NCBI RefSeq assembly: GCF_963853765.1
Contig: NC_088854.1
Span: 39,494,001 to 39,558,000 of the forward strand
Direction: 5' to 3'
From: Magallana gigas
Taxonomy: Eukaryota
Length of the DNA stretch: 64,000 bases
Each line of letters starts with the position of its first letter. Within the stretch, counting starts at the first letter, position 1. The notes under the pieces are model-generated. The model had not been told where the DNA came from. It did no database searches and saw only the letters and a program-made list of their open reading frames with translations. Positions 51,565 through 62,853 of this stretch are shown here, piece after piece. The position numbers and the translations under genes were made by a program.

Positions 51565-53096
51565 ATGGCGAAGTCCGCAGAAGTAACACTGGCGGAGATT
51601 AAACTCTTTAAACATGATGGAGGAACTACAAATGGAGCGGACATATTACCTTCAGGACCAATGAAATATTCTCTTCTTGTATTCCTTCGGAATTTTGCAT
51701 GAATAGGGTGGTAAGTTGTATAACTCGCGTCGAAATCATTTTCTAACTTGAGTTATCGTTCTCTCGTCATTACGCAATATCTCTTAAAGCTCAGTACAGT
51801 GTATGTTCAAAAATAGTTGACAGGGTTGGGTCGAAATGTTTCATTTAAAAAATTACTCTAAAAATAAAGTTTTAATTAGTTTCACGAAGTTGATTAAAAT
51901 TTGATGTGTTTATTCTTTTTTCATGTATGTTCTTTTATGTTTCGTTGATATGAAATGAAGGTATTTTTGAGATATTCATCATTACTGTATAATATATAAA
52001 TTCATTTTACTCCTGGTATGCTCATTGCAATTGGTTTAAAAATGGATTGATTTGTGTCCATATATTTCAGTCAGCTGAAAATGCAGGCCTTATCTCCTTT
52101 AGCGGACAAGCTTAAGGAGCATCACACACGGCTTGTGTTTGTCGGCTCGTCCACTGTGGACCAGATGGAGGAATTTATGCGCAGTCCAACGGTCCTTATG
52201 TCTGGCGAACTATACTCGGACCCCACTACTTCCCTTTACAAAACATTCCACATGAAGAGAGGGCGATTTCGCTCACTTGTCATGCCGATTTGGAACAGCG
52301 TGTCGAGATATGGATGGAGCGGGGCTGTGGAAGGTAAGCGAAAGTACATCTTTTTCACTTATAATTGGCATGTATTTGCAAACATCGTGGTATACTATCA
52401 TATGTTGGTTGATGACTACAACTTTAAATGCTGCAGTTTATTCGGGAAAAAACCCACAAGGAAACAATATAAAAAAAACGCAGATCAAAACTTTTTAAGA
52501 CTTTTTTGTCATTTATAAATCTACATGTACCATATGATATTCATTAGTCCTGCAAATCTGTGATTAAATATCTGTGTTTTAAGCTCAGATATGGAAACCT
52601 CAGAGGCAGCGAACGGTGTTAGATTGCTATACATGTATATAGAATTGCGTTATATTTTCAGGAGTAAAACTGGGTTTAGAAACATCGCACCTTGCAGGGG
52701 ACTCTTGGATACAAGGGGGTACTATTTTATTGGACCAAGATGGAACTATTTTGTATCAGGTACAGTGTATTAGAAATGTTTAAACAGACATCAATTCTTG
52801 CTACTAGCTCTTTATAGTAAATTGCGTGTTTTGAAATTGTTGTTTCATTGCAATGACAATAATCACGTGGTGCTTCGCGATTATTGGCTCTGGGCCAGCA
52901 GTTTTAAAAAAATTATGAACATGTATGAATTTGCAATATGCATGATATACTTTTTTTTTAGCACCAGGAAGAGCACCCTGCTGACTGGCCCGATATGACC
53001 GAGGTATTACGAATGGTTGGCTTCACTGAAGTACCTGTGGATTACGATAGAGCTGTTTCCGAATGGATGCATGCAAGACAAAACGCTCGGAAATAG
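51565..53096 (+). CDS. Selenoprotein of the AhpC/TSA-2 (PRXL2 / SelU-SelL) thioredoxin-fold family, most like PRXL2C/AAED1; 213 aa with Sec46 (UxxC)
   Basis: Exons 51565-51710, 52071-52333, 52662-52759, 52962-53096 (TAG); 642 nt; phases 2, 1, 0. In-frame TGA at 51700-51702 in LVFLRNFA-U-IG-C. Downstream family motifs: ELYSDPTTSLYKTFHMKRG, GDSWIQGGTILLDQDG, HQEEHPADWPDMTEVLRMVG. SECIS present in the 3' UTR. Confidence 0.92.
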
Positions 53097-53135
53097 CACA
53101 GCTAGATGATGAATAAAGTGTTTATTTGTTGTCTG

Positions 53136-53207
53136 ATGGTTAGATGAAATCATGACGAACTTTGTGTTAAATGCTTATACAAGCGAACCGAAGTTCTGAG
53201 CTAACAT
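53136..53207 (+). promoter_or_regulatory. Type II eukaryotic SECIS element
   Basis: Helix I GTTAG/CTAAC; core ATGAC...TGAG (tandem GA); helix II GAACTTTG(T)GTT/AACCGAAGTTC (11 bp plus one bulge); apical AAA (53169-53171); mini-helix TGCTT-ATAC-AAGCG. Folded by eye. Confidence 0.9.
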
Positions 53208-54728
53208 TATCCAACACACAGACACATATGAACTTTTATTTTCATTTTATCAAAGCAATTTTTTTGTGGTGTTGATTTCACATGTTATCAACCAGTCATT
53301 TAACTTTATAGAATCATGTTCATAATATAATATTTACATTAATTTGTACAAATTCTACAAATATCCACTATTTTATACATTTTAACTTTGAAATTAAAAC
53401 GGTTTTAAATTGATCTGTTACATGTATTTCATTCTGCATGTCAAGTGTTCAAAATGAACGAAGAAAACACCATACATTTAATCGTAGGGCTGTTTTTAGT
53501 ATGATGTAGTTATAAGATTGCAAAAAAATATTACACCGAAGACTGTCTTGATTTTTCAGAAATTTCAAAAACTATATATACCACTACAAAATAGTCCCCA
53601 ATATTGAATTTGTATTTTTAACTTTGACGACATTGCAATCCCCATATTAACAGGTTTTTAAGACGAGAGACCATGGGATTCAGATAGTATAATGTATTGA
53701 AATTACAATAAAACACAGAATGCATGCATGTAGTTGCTGTATATTATTCCATATAGATAAGTCGGGTGCGATCATATGTTGTATGAACACCGCTCTATAT
53801 ATTTTTCCTCCATAGAGTCAACAAAAATAAGTGACAGGTGCAAACTAAATGTATACCAGCATACTCTGATTGTTCTAAACACAGTATTAATAATAATGTA
53901 TTTAAGAAGGAATCGGGAATTACTCTTATTATTATAATTATAAAAAGAGAAACATTATATATTTCAAAGTGGTTCATTCGGTAGACATTGCCGTGTCAAT
54001 CCGGAGGTTTTCTTGCTTCATTTTTTAAGATCTAAATTATGACATTTTCAGAAACAGTTTTGTACATGTAACAACTGAAGCAACCGTGTCTCATTATTTT
54101 CAACTATGACAGCCAGTTGTTGCATGAATTTTCAGATAACTTTGAAACTTAAGTTAATATTACTTTTTGGCGTCCGTTTTGAAAAATTTCCAACGTTATA
54201 CATAATTTTATCGATAATTAATTCTTTTTCTGTAATTTCATAGGTTTGTGTTGGTAAAAAAAACAAAAATTATTTTTCCAATTTAAATTTGAGGTTGAGA
54301 CAGGCCCATCACGACTGACCGAAAAAAAGAGACACATGTGCATGTTTATTGACCCAGAGGACGAGACCACTACCCTCCCTAGTTATACCGTCTCGCTAAT
54401 CTAGTTCCAATGATATGCATTGGGACTGATATTTTAAGAGGTATTTGATACTATGAGCTATGTAGCAACCTCTAATGATACAACGTCCACTAATGATATA
54501 ATGTTTCATTAGTGGTCAGGATGTTGACCACTAATGATATAATTTTATCATTAACGAACAACCTAACCGTCCGCTAATGATATAATTTCAGATTTGTATC
54601 ATTAGCGGTCAAAAACCGTAACCTCTAATGATATGGAAAAAAACTGAGAAATAAGTACTACCTTGACCACTAATGATATACATTTGCACACATTTTCAAT
54701 TGCATTAGTGGATGGATTTGAAACATTT

Positions 54729-54872
54729 NNNNNNNNNNNNNNNNNNNNNNNNNNNNNNNNNNNNNNNNNNNNNNNNNNNNNNNNNNNNNNNNNNNNNNNN
54801 NNNNNNNNNNNNNNNNNNNNNNNNNNNNNNNNNNNNNNNNNNNNNNNNNNNNNNNNNNNNNNNNNNNNNNNN
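54729..54872. other. Assembly gap (N run)
   Basis: 144 N. Confidence 1.
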
Positions 54873-55001
54873 ACTGTAAAACATAAGCGCTTTCATTGTT
54901 AAAAATCTTCAGACGTCTGAAGATTTTTAACAATGAAAGCGCTTATGTTTTACAGTTAGTGTTGCTTTTTTTCTTTTATTATATTTTTACCGGACACTGA
55001 G

Positions 55002-55172
55002 NNNNNNNNNNNNNNNNNNNNNNNNNNNNNNNNNNNNNNNNNNNNNNNNNNNNNNNNNNNNNNNNNNNNNNNNNNNNNNNNNNNNNNNNNNNNNNNNNNN
55101 NNNNNNNNNNNNNNNNNNNNNNNNNNNNNNNNNNNNNNNNNNNNNNNNNNNNNNNNNNNNNNNNNNNNNNNN
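55002..55172. other. Assembly gap (N run)
   Basis: 171 N. Confidence 1.
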
Positions 55173-57157
55173 GAACAACAAGGAATATCAATTAAAGTTG
55201 GTTGAATTAAAACTACTTAAACAATATGGATCATGTCGTTGTAACAAAGAATATTGGCCCGCGTTTCATTTTTCAACATTGATTATTGATTCGGGGAGGG
55301 GTGGGGTGGGGGTGGGGGGCTTTTTTAACGTTGAAAACTGAGACCAAAAGTCGTGAAATGTATACCCGGATTTCATTTTTCAACATTAATTATTGATTTG
55401 GGATATTGGGGGCGGGGGGGGGGGGGAGGGGCGGGGGCTTTTCTAACGTTAAAACTGCGACCAAACGTCATTTTCAACAGCTCAAAAAAGTTTTTTTTTT
55501 CTAATCTCTGATGACCTCACGTTGAAAATTGACCAACTACAGGTTTTTGAACTGTCTCTGAAATGGAACTTGCTCTACCCTAATTATTTTGTATCTGATA
55601 AAAAATTTCAGCTCCATGTTTTAATTCCTAATATTGTCCGATATTCATGCCGATATGGATTTTTGTTTTTGTTTGGGTTTTTTTTCCCGATAGCAACAGT
55701 TTGTTATTAAGACTAAGAACTCTGTCTCTTGTTGTTAAACTGTGTAGATAGAGCTAAAAGGAATATATGTCAAACAACATCGTCTCAAGCCATGGTCCGG
55801 TGTCCGTTTATATATATATCTCTCTCCACCATGATCGTTCATGTTGACCGTGGTTTGCTAAGATTGTCAAACCAATACCGGCCGTTTATGTTATATTTCC
55901 GGTAAATCGCTTCAACTTTAATTTATTTTGAGAAGTCATGATAATTAACTGACAGCACAATAATGAGCAGTTTTTATATTTTTATCAGACAAGTCGCGAT
56001 CAGTGATTATTTAATTAATTCAACTTAACAATAACTTTTCTTAAACTTGCAAGATTAACAAAATTATGATTAATAAGCTACTTATCTTGATTTGACAGAA
56101 AAAAATATTGTGTTCAATACAGATACAAACACTACACAGAAACTTTTTCGTGGGTGTGTTTAGGGAGTATTGGACATTTATGACGCATTCGCCGGCGTAA
56201 CGAGGAATCTTGACCCGGGTTGAAATTTGACCCGGATATCATTTTTAAACGTTGAAAAATTGATACCAAAAGTCGTGAAATTATACCTGGGGTCAGTTTT
56301 CAACAGCTTGAAAAATATTTTTCAAACTTCTAAGGACATCGACACGTTTAAAACTGACCCTGTTGAAAATTGACTCCGACTTCAGAGTTTTGAACTGTCT
56401 TTGAACAGAAGTGTAACTTCCTCTTCACAGTTTAATTGTACATGTGTGTACTTAAAAGTTTCGGTTTCAAAACTTTAACTCTTTCATACTATCCGCTATA
56501 TTTGCCGTCTTGGGTAATTTGACATTTCAAAGGTTGATTTTTCTGACTTCAATCATTTAATATTTCATTTGACTGAAAACGTGGTATGTAGCAACCTCTT
56601 TTATTATACTTTCATGTTAAATACTGAAATCTGATTGGTTTAGACGCAGTTGATAATTTGTTCTATTACCCTCAGCGTTAGCAACACACTTGGCAACGGG
56701 TAACACAACGAATTGTTACATGCGCGTAAATTATGCGCGTACACTTCGCCGTAGAATTCACGTCATTTCTATACAAAAACAGAAACATTTCTTTAAAATT
56801 AAGACATTCAGTAAATTAAAATAAATAGTGCCTATTTGGGAGGATAACAGTTGAAATTGACACCCCTCGAAAACCATTGTCAACCTCCGCTTCGCGTCGG
56901 TTGACAATGGTTCTCTCGGGGTGTCAATTTCAACTGTTACCCTCCCAAACAGGCACTATTTATATAATGATACACTGTCCACTAACGATATAATGTTGCA
57001 TTAGTGGACAGAATGTTGACCACTAATGATATAATTTTATCAAACCCGGGTCAATTTTCAACCCGGGTTAACATTTTTTGTTACACTGACATAATCACCA
57101 TTGTTGAAGTAGTTTTAATTCAACAAACATTATTTCATATTCTTTGTTGTTCTAAGG
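55173..57157. mobile_element. Inner element with ~60-bp inverted ends and ACCCGG/TTCAACGTTGAAAA sub-repeats
   Basis: GAACAACAAGGAATATCAATTAAAGTTGGTTGAATTAAAACTACTT (55173) is the inverse of AAGTAGTTTTAATTCAACAAACATTATTTCATATTCTTTGTTGTTCTAAGG (ends 57157). The left end is cut by a gap. Confidence 0.6.
56600..56965 (-). mobile_element. Third copy of the ~367-bp hairpin element, inverted, inserted in a TIR fragment
   Basis: Reverse complement of the 40133-40501 unit. It splits TGTAGCAACCTCT (56587-56599) from AATGATAC...CCACTAA (56966-57041). Confidence 0.85.
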
Positions 57158-60100
57158 TATAATTAACAAACCCACATATTCAACTTAACGATAAATTAGT
57201 GATTCAATTGTGCTACAGACCATAATAGCAAACAGTCTTGTGTTGTCTATGGTTTAATTTTAAAATTCTTCAGAAATATTTTTTTTACAAGCTAACCACT
57301 TTGAGATTAATATACCCGGTAATCATTTTTGGTACAAGTTAACTATATCTGGTCAATCACTCACTTCCTGTCAGCCTTACTGACCAGTCCGGTCTCACTT
57401 TGTCAATCGTCTTCAATCTTGTTAGATGCGTGCTTCGAACCACTAAGTAAGTCTTTTTTATTGAAGTAATTGCTCAAATTTGTTAGTATTAAATTGTATT
57501 TTTGAAGTATAGTTACAGATGGAAATTTATTTTACAGATAAAACATTCTTAAAAGTATGGCACACCATTATGGTCTTTAAAGTAAATTACATATTTTCCT
57601 ATTTAGTAATTTGTTATTTCTATTTGTTGTAGTTTTTTACCAATATTATTCATGACGGCAACGTTTCCACACAAAATAAAATATGAAACCCGTGTGACTT
57701 TTGTTTGCGTTGTGCAAGGTTAGCTATCTGCCTGCACCAGGCAGAATAAGTCTTATGAATTGGACCTTTTTCATGTTAATAAAATCCCGCTTAAAGTTTA
57801 TCAATAATGTTTTAATATCGTAAAATTGCTTTTCTTCAAACTTTCTTCAACTAAAAATATTTAGCACAACTCCTTTTTGATTAATGATAATCAATTTGGA
57901 TCTTCAAGTAAACAGACGAAGTCATAAATGGTATGTATTTTGTCTGTATGCGACTATTTCAGTTCAAGTAAAAAGGCAAAATATCAGGGTAATGTCAGAA
58001 TGGTGTATTTTAAAGGACAAAATACATGTATATGATCAAATAACGCCCCCCCACCAAAAAAAAATAAAAATTAACCAATTCTTATGCAGTATCGTATGAA
58101 AATCAAATCAAATATATATATATAATCTTATATTAAATAATATCATATTATATCATTAAAGGTTGCAATTCCATCCACTAATGCAATTAAAAATGTGTAT
58201 CATTAGTGGTCAAGGTAGTCCTTATTTCTAATTTTTTTTCCATATCATTAGAGGTTACGGTTTTTGACCGCTAATGATATAAATCTGAAATTATATCATT
58301 AGCGGACGGTTAGGTTGTTCGTTAATGATAAAATTATATCATTAGTGGTCAACATCCTGACCACTAATGCAACATTATATCATGAGTGGACGTTGTATCA
58401 TTAGAGGTTGCTACAGAGCTACATGATTTTTAGTTGACCTAATATGGTTTAACCGAGGTCAGTAAAATCCATATGGAATTTCCTGATCAGGTATAAACTA
58501 GGTCAACTGCAAACCATGTAATGATTATATCTTACCGACTGCCTTGAATGAATGACCACGATAATCAAGCAATGAAAATCAAAGTAACAAGTTGCAATTT
58601 GGGTACAAATCCTGACGTCATAATACTCTTAGAATGACAACATAATGCTCAAAAGGAGGAAGTAATATTTCGTACTGACTGTGTATGGACTATACATGGT
58701 TTCCAGGTGACTGCTGTTAGCTAGCCAATGAAATTAGCTACAAATTAACAAGAGGGAAGATGAGGTATTTACCAAATTCAAACTTTATTATCATTCGGTT
58801 AGAAAGTTTATTGGCACGAGATCAAACGTCCAAGGCGTTCTAGTCTACAAAAACAGAAGGACACCATGTCATTGTTATAAAACGAATTCATTTAATAGGT
58901 AATATTTATTTATTTAGATAGTGCAAAGTTTTATCTAATAAATAAACTCTCTGAGCAACAAAGGCTTTATCAACTTATATGACAAATAGTACCATATAAC
59001 CTTTTTAAACAGAAAAATCCAGTGTCACAACAAAGGTCTACAGCTAAACATTGTCCTCTACCAGGAAGTTCATTCTCCACCTTTATCAGATCGTTTCTGC
59101 CAGACATCTGCTAATGTCAGTCGGACATTTTAAACCAACTTCTTCGCACTTTTCTCATAGAAAAGACCTATTCAAAAGATCGGGCTGTTCACTCGTTATC
59201 TAATTGGTTATACAACCTGTCGTGTTCAACTGACTGTTCAATGCCCGGCAGTTGAAATGGTTTTGAAACATGTGAAAGTTGATACATGAATACATGTCAT
59301 TTAAACGGTCAATATCGCTGTAAGCTTAAGAATTTTATTCATGTAAAACAAGGGCCGTTTTTCTACAATTACAGTCTCTCACATATCTAATATACATTAA
59401 AAAAAATCCAACATTTTTTAAAATGTATCGCCGGTACTCAAAAATCATTCTTTATATCATCAAAATCACCAATTTCTCAGAGTTTTATTTGCTGAAACAA
59501 TCTATTTCATTGTAGTTACAGCTAAAAAAAATTATGAAACAATTCATTTTTAGGCTGTACCTAATAGTGTTAACACTACGGTCAGGACCAACCTCAAACT
59601 TTAACTTACGTAAGTTTTGTACTGACGTAATCGACCAGGTATTTTATGGCCAAAATGACAAATTGTGCAACTCATTTCATTTCTTTATTACAAAAGTCAT
59701 ACATCTTATAACATGGTTATTATTAACAAGACGATGAAGTGATAAAAAATAGACATAAAATCGGACGGTCAGTCCTTATAAATCTCCATCTTATACATGG
59801 ATATACATGTAAGGCGATCATAATTTGATTTTTAGTTTTACGGATCCGCCGACTCTAAAAATTTGCATTTAAAAAAAAAAAAAAAAATCGAAAATTTTCA
59901 AGCTCTGAAGTTCAAGCTGCTTGAGGCAAACTCGTGTTTTATAATAGGAAATCACTGAGACATTTAAATCTGGATGTAAAAATGCTTGCAGAATGATTGA
60001 GGAAGGGCAAGGTGTTGCAGAACATCGTTGGATTGGTTTCATTGTGTTCAAATGGGGAGACTTGGGCGAAATAGTCGCTTTTTGGTCGGTAACTTCACCA

Positions 60101-61594
60101 GAATTTCCTCCAAAAGAAAAGTTGGAATTCGCCCTGTATTATGAGTTCACAATCGTCTAAATTAACCAAAAAGGCAATAAAATAATAATTAACTTATTCT
60201 AAAGACGTTTTCACAGCTTCAGTTAACCCCTGTTGTGATTAGGATAATATTACTGAGACTTTCTTATCTTTAGGGGTAGGCCTAATATAAGGATGATGCA
60301 ACCACATACTGTGCAACCGATGTTTATTTCTTTTAGTGTTGATGCTACAATTAGGTGGCAACTTGTAATTAGTTAATAACTTATTAATGCTTAAATAATC
60401 ATAAAACCCTTTGTTTACAGTTATCTTTAAAAAAAAAAAAATAAGCCCTCTATATAACGGTTGTAATTGGGTCAAAGGGTTGTACTAATACCCCCAAAAT
60501 ACACAAAAATACAGAAACTGTCACTGTTATTTGTCATTTAACACAATTACAACACATTTAATCTTTTTAATGTTTTAATTATTAAAAGTTTTTTTTTATT
60601 GACTTGCTTCTAATCTAATTTAAATTATTAAAGGTTAAATCTGTGTATATCATCATTAGCGTTATGCCATTGTAAAGTAATGGAAGTCTTCCTGATTTCT
60701 CAAACTTCTCCCTATTTTCTGTTAGAGAGAATTTAAGTCTCCCAAAAATTTTGCTCTAGGTTGGTCCCTGCAGTGTAACTACACTTACAAACCAATTCAT
60801 CCAATGCAAAACAACCCTCAGACCTACATGTAGTGTCTGCATGCAATGCGCACAGTTGGATTCCTCACAATTGGAGGTGGTAGTAATTTATGGCAGCAAG
60901 AGTTGCCTCAGAGTACCCGGGCCAGCAGCTGACATGTCTTTTTTTTTTTTTTTTTTTTTTTTCGTCCTCCGACTTGACTTTTCTTGGAAAAAAATCCGTA
61001 AAACTAAAAATCAAATTATGATCGCCTAAACCCATGTTAACAACATTCCTAGATTATATATGGAGAATGACTTACAAATTAATGAAAATTATAACACTCA
61101 CATAGAAAACAAATCACGCATGCAACAATAGATGTTTAGGGCAATGGCATTAGATACATGTATGACTTTTGCCAAATTACACAATTCTTTGATCTGTTTA
61201 CTTTAAAAAAAAATATATCAATTTGTACATCTTCTCAATAACTTCGTATTTTCAAAGGAATATCATCAAACTCGTGTGTGGATAAAAGTGTATGAAATTC
61301 AAAACAATTCTTAATTTTTGCAAAGATATATCATTATAGCCAAACGTTCGACAAATTTCATCTTCAAGAAATGCAAGTAAATAGGGTATGCCATTTGAAT
61401 CTAGTACTCTTAATTATGATTACAAACCATTTTGATATCGATATTTGTTGATTTTTGTTTTGATTCAAGAGATCCTAGAATGGTGGACAAAAAAACCCGC
61501 AGTTTTGCACGCGACTGTAACATGGATCATTATCTTATCTTTCTATAAATTCTGCCGGCTTTTGGTCGGCAGATCATTGTAAGAGTGAACGACC

Positions 61595-62765
61595 ATGAAA
61601 TCACGTATCTTTGTTTTGACAATCATAGGTTTGGAATTTGGATATACCAATATACATATTGTTTTGTTTCATAAGTATCATTATACTTTTTTCTTCTTAG
61701 AAAAATTTTAAATTAGTGTTAACTATCTTGAAATACTCTTCAAACTTTAACATTTCATTTCAGGGTTTCTAATACCCTATTGTGCTGCACTTGAAAGGGA
61801 CAAAAAAGGTAATTAAATCATGCCTCAATAATGTTAAAATGAAAAATATTATTATTGATAGGTCATTTAAAATAGAACCCGCTTAATATAATAGTTATTT
61901 TGTCAGGAAATATTATTATATAAACCGGACTATTATGATAACCGACCCCAGCTAAATTCAATCTGTACATGTATGATATATGCCTATTCTCGTCATGTTT
62001 TATTACCATCTATTTCTAAACAATGTGATTTCCACAATAATTGATGATTTCTTTTAAAACTTTACTTTTAATGCTTTAAAAAGATTAACTACCAGTATTA
62101 CACACTGAGAAAATTGCAAGATCCAACAATATGCTTCAGATGTAGGCCTACTAGTTAAATTTACTTTATCTAACTTTGAATTATTTGGTTGTTGCTTTTT
62201 ATTAATCAACAGCCGTACAATCATGTTATGAGTGTTCCAACATTGCCGACCCATCACAGTGTACACGAGTAGTAACATGTAGAGCTAATGAGGTAAACAA
62301 ACCCATAGTATGAAAATAAATTAAACAACGAGCACCTGAATGCATATATAACTCAAATCAAATACCAAATGTAATGACGTCCATATTGGATTTTGCAGGT
62401 CTGTTATACGGAGGCTCATTCGACGTCATCAATATTCCAGTCCACAGTGTACTCGTTGGGATGTCGAGCATCAACCGTAAGATCGAGTCAAATTACCCAT
62501 TAAAAATACAATCGACTCTCCTCGATTGTAATCGTTCATTTCCGAGCGAATACGAATTAAAGCCTGCGAAGAGCTTCAGATGTTCAATATAAGAAAATGG
62601 TGTGCAACATACTTGTATTTGATGTTATTTTTGAAAATTTTCAGTTATGTGACGCAATATCCCATGGTGGTGGTGTGGTTGGAAGAAAAAGAAACGTGCG
62701 TCAATTGAACACGCACTGTAACAGCTGCTGCCGAACGAACAACTGTAATAGAAACCTTTGTGGAG
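61595..62765 (+). CDS. Secreted Cys-rich Ly6/uPAR (three-finger)-like protein, 5' part; continues beyond the last exon I could find
   Basis: Exons 61595-61628, 61764-61808, 62213-62292, 62399-62476, 62645-62765, all GT-AG with matching phases. Translation: MKSRIFVLTIIGFLIPYCAA-LERDKKAVQSCYECSNIADPSQCTRVVTCRANEVCYTEAHSTSSIFQSTVYSLGCRASTLCDAISHGGGVVGRKRNVRQLNTHCNSCCRTNNCNRNLCG. It has a CxxC start and a CCxxxxCN end. Ends in a phase-1 donor. Confidence 0.85.
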
Positions 62766-62853
62766 GTAAGGTTTACTGCGACTGTAAGGTAAACCCATTC
62801 ACGGAAAGGAATATTATTACAGTAAATGTTTCTAGTTGATGTGGTTTACATTT

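Larger units (their letters stand above)
54461..58415. mobile_element. Non-autonomous DNA transposon with ~270-bp TIRs (5'-TGT...ACA-3') and a 6-bp TSD GAGCTA
   Basis: The left TIR starts TGTAGCAACCTCTAATGATACAACG at 54461. The right TIR ends CGTTGTATCATTAGAGGTTGCTACA at 58415. GAGCTA is at 54455-54460 and 58416-58421. The TIRs are built from repeated CTAATGATA motifs. No transposase seen; contains two N gaps. Confidence 0.85.

Noticed and set aside
52054-52518. 154-aa ORF as a standalone gene
   Set aside because: It is exon 2 of the selenoprotein plus intron read-through; the donor GTAAGC is at 52334.
51565-53096. Reading the TGA-containing gene as a pseudogene or a 45-aa peptide
   Set aside because: The TGA sits on the redox-Cys column, all downstream exons are intact with canonical splice sites, and a SECIS is present.
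54663-55191. ORFs containing X runs
   Set aside because: Artefacts of translating through N gaps.
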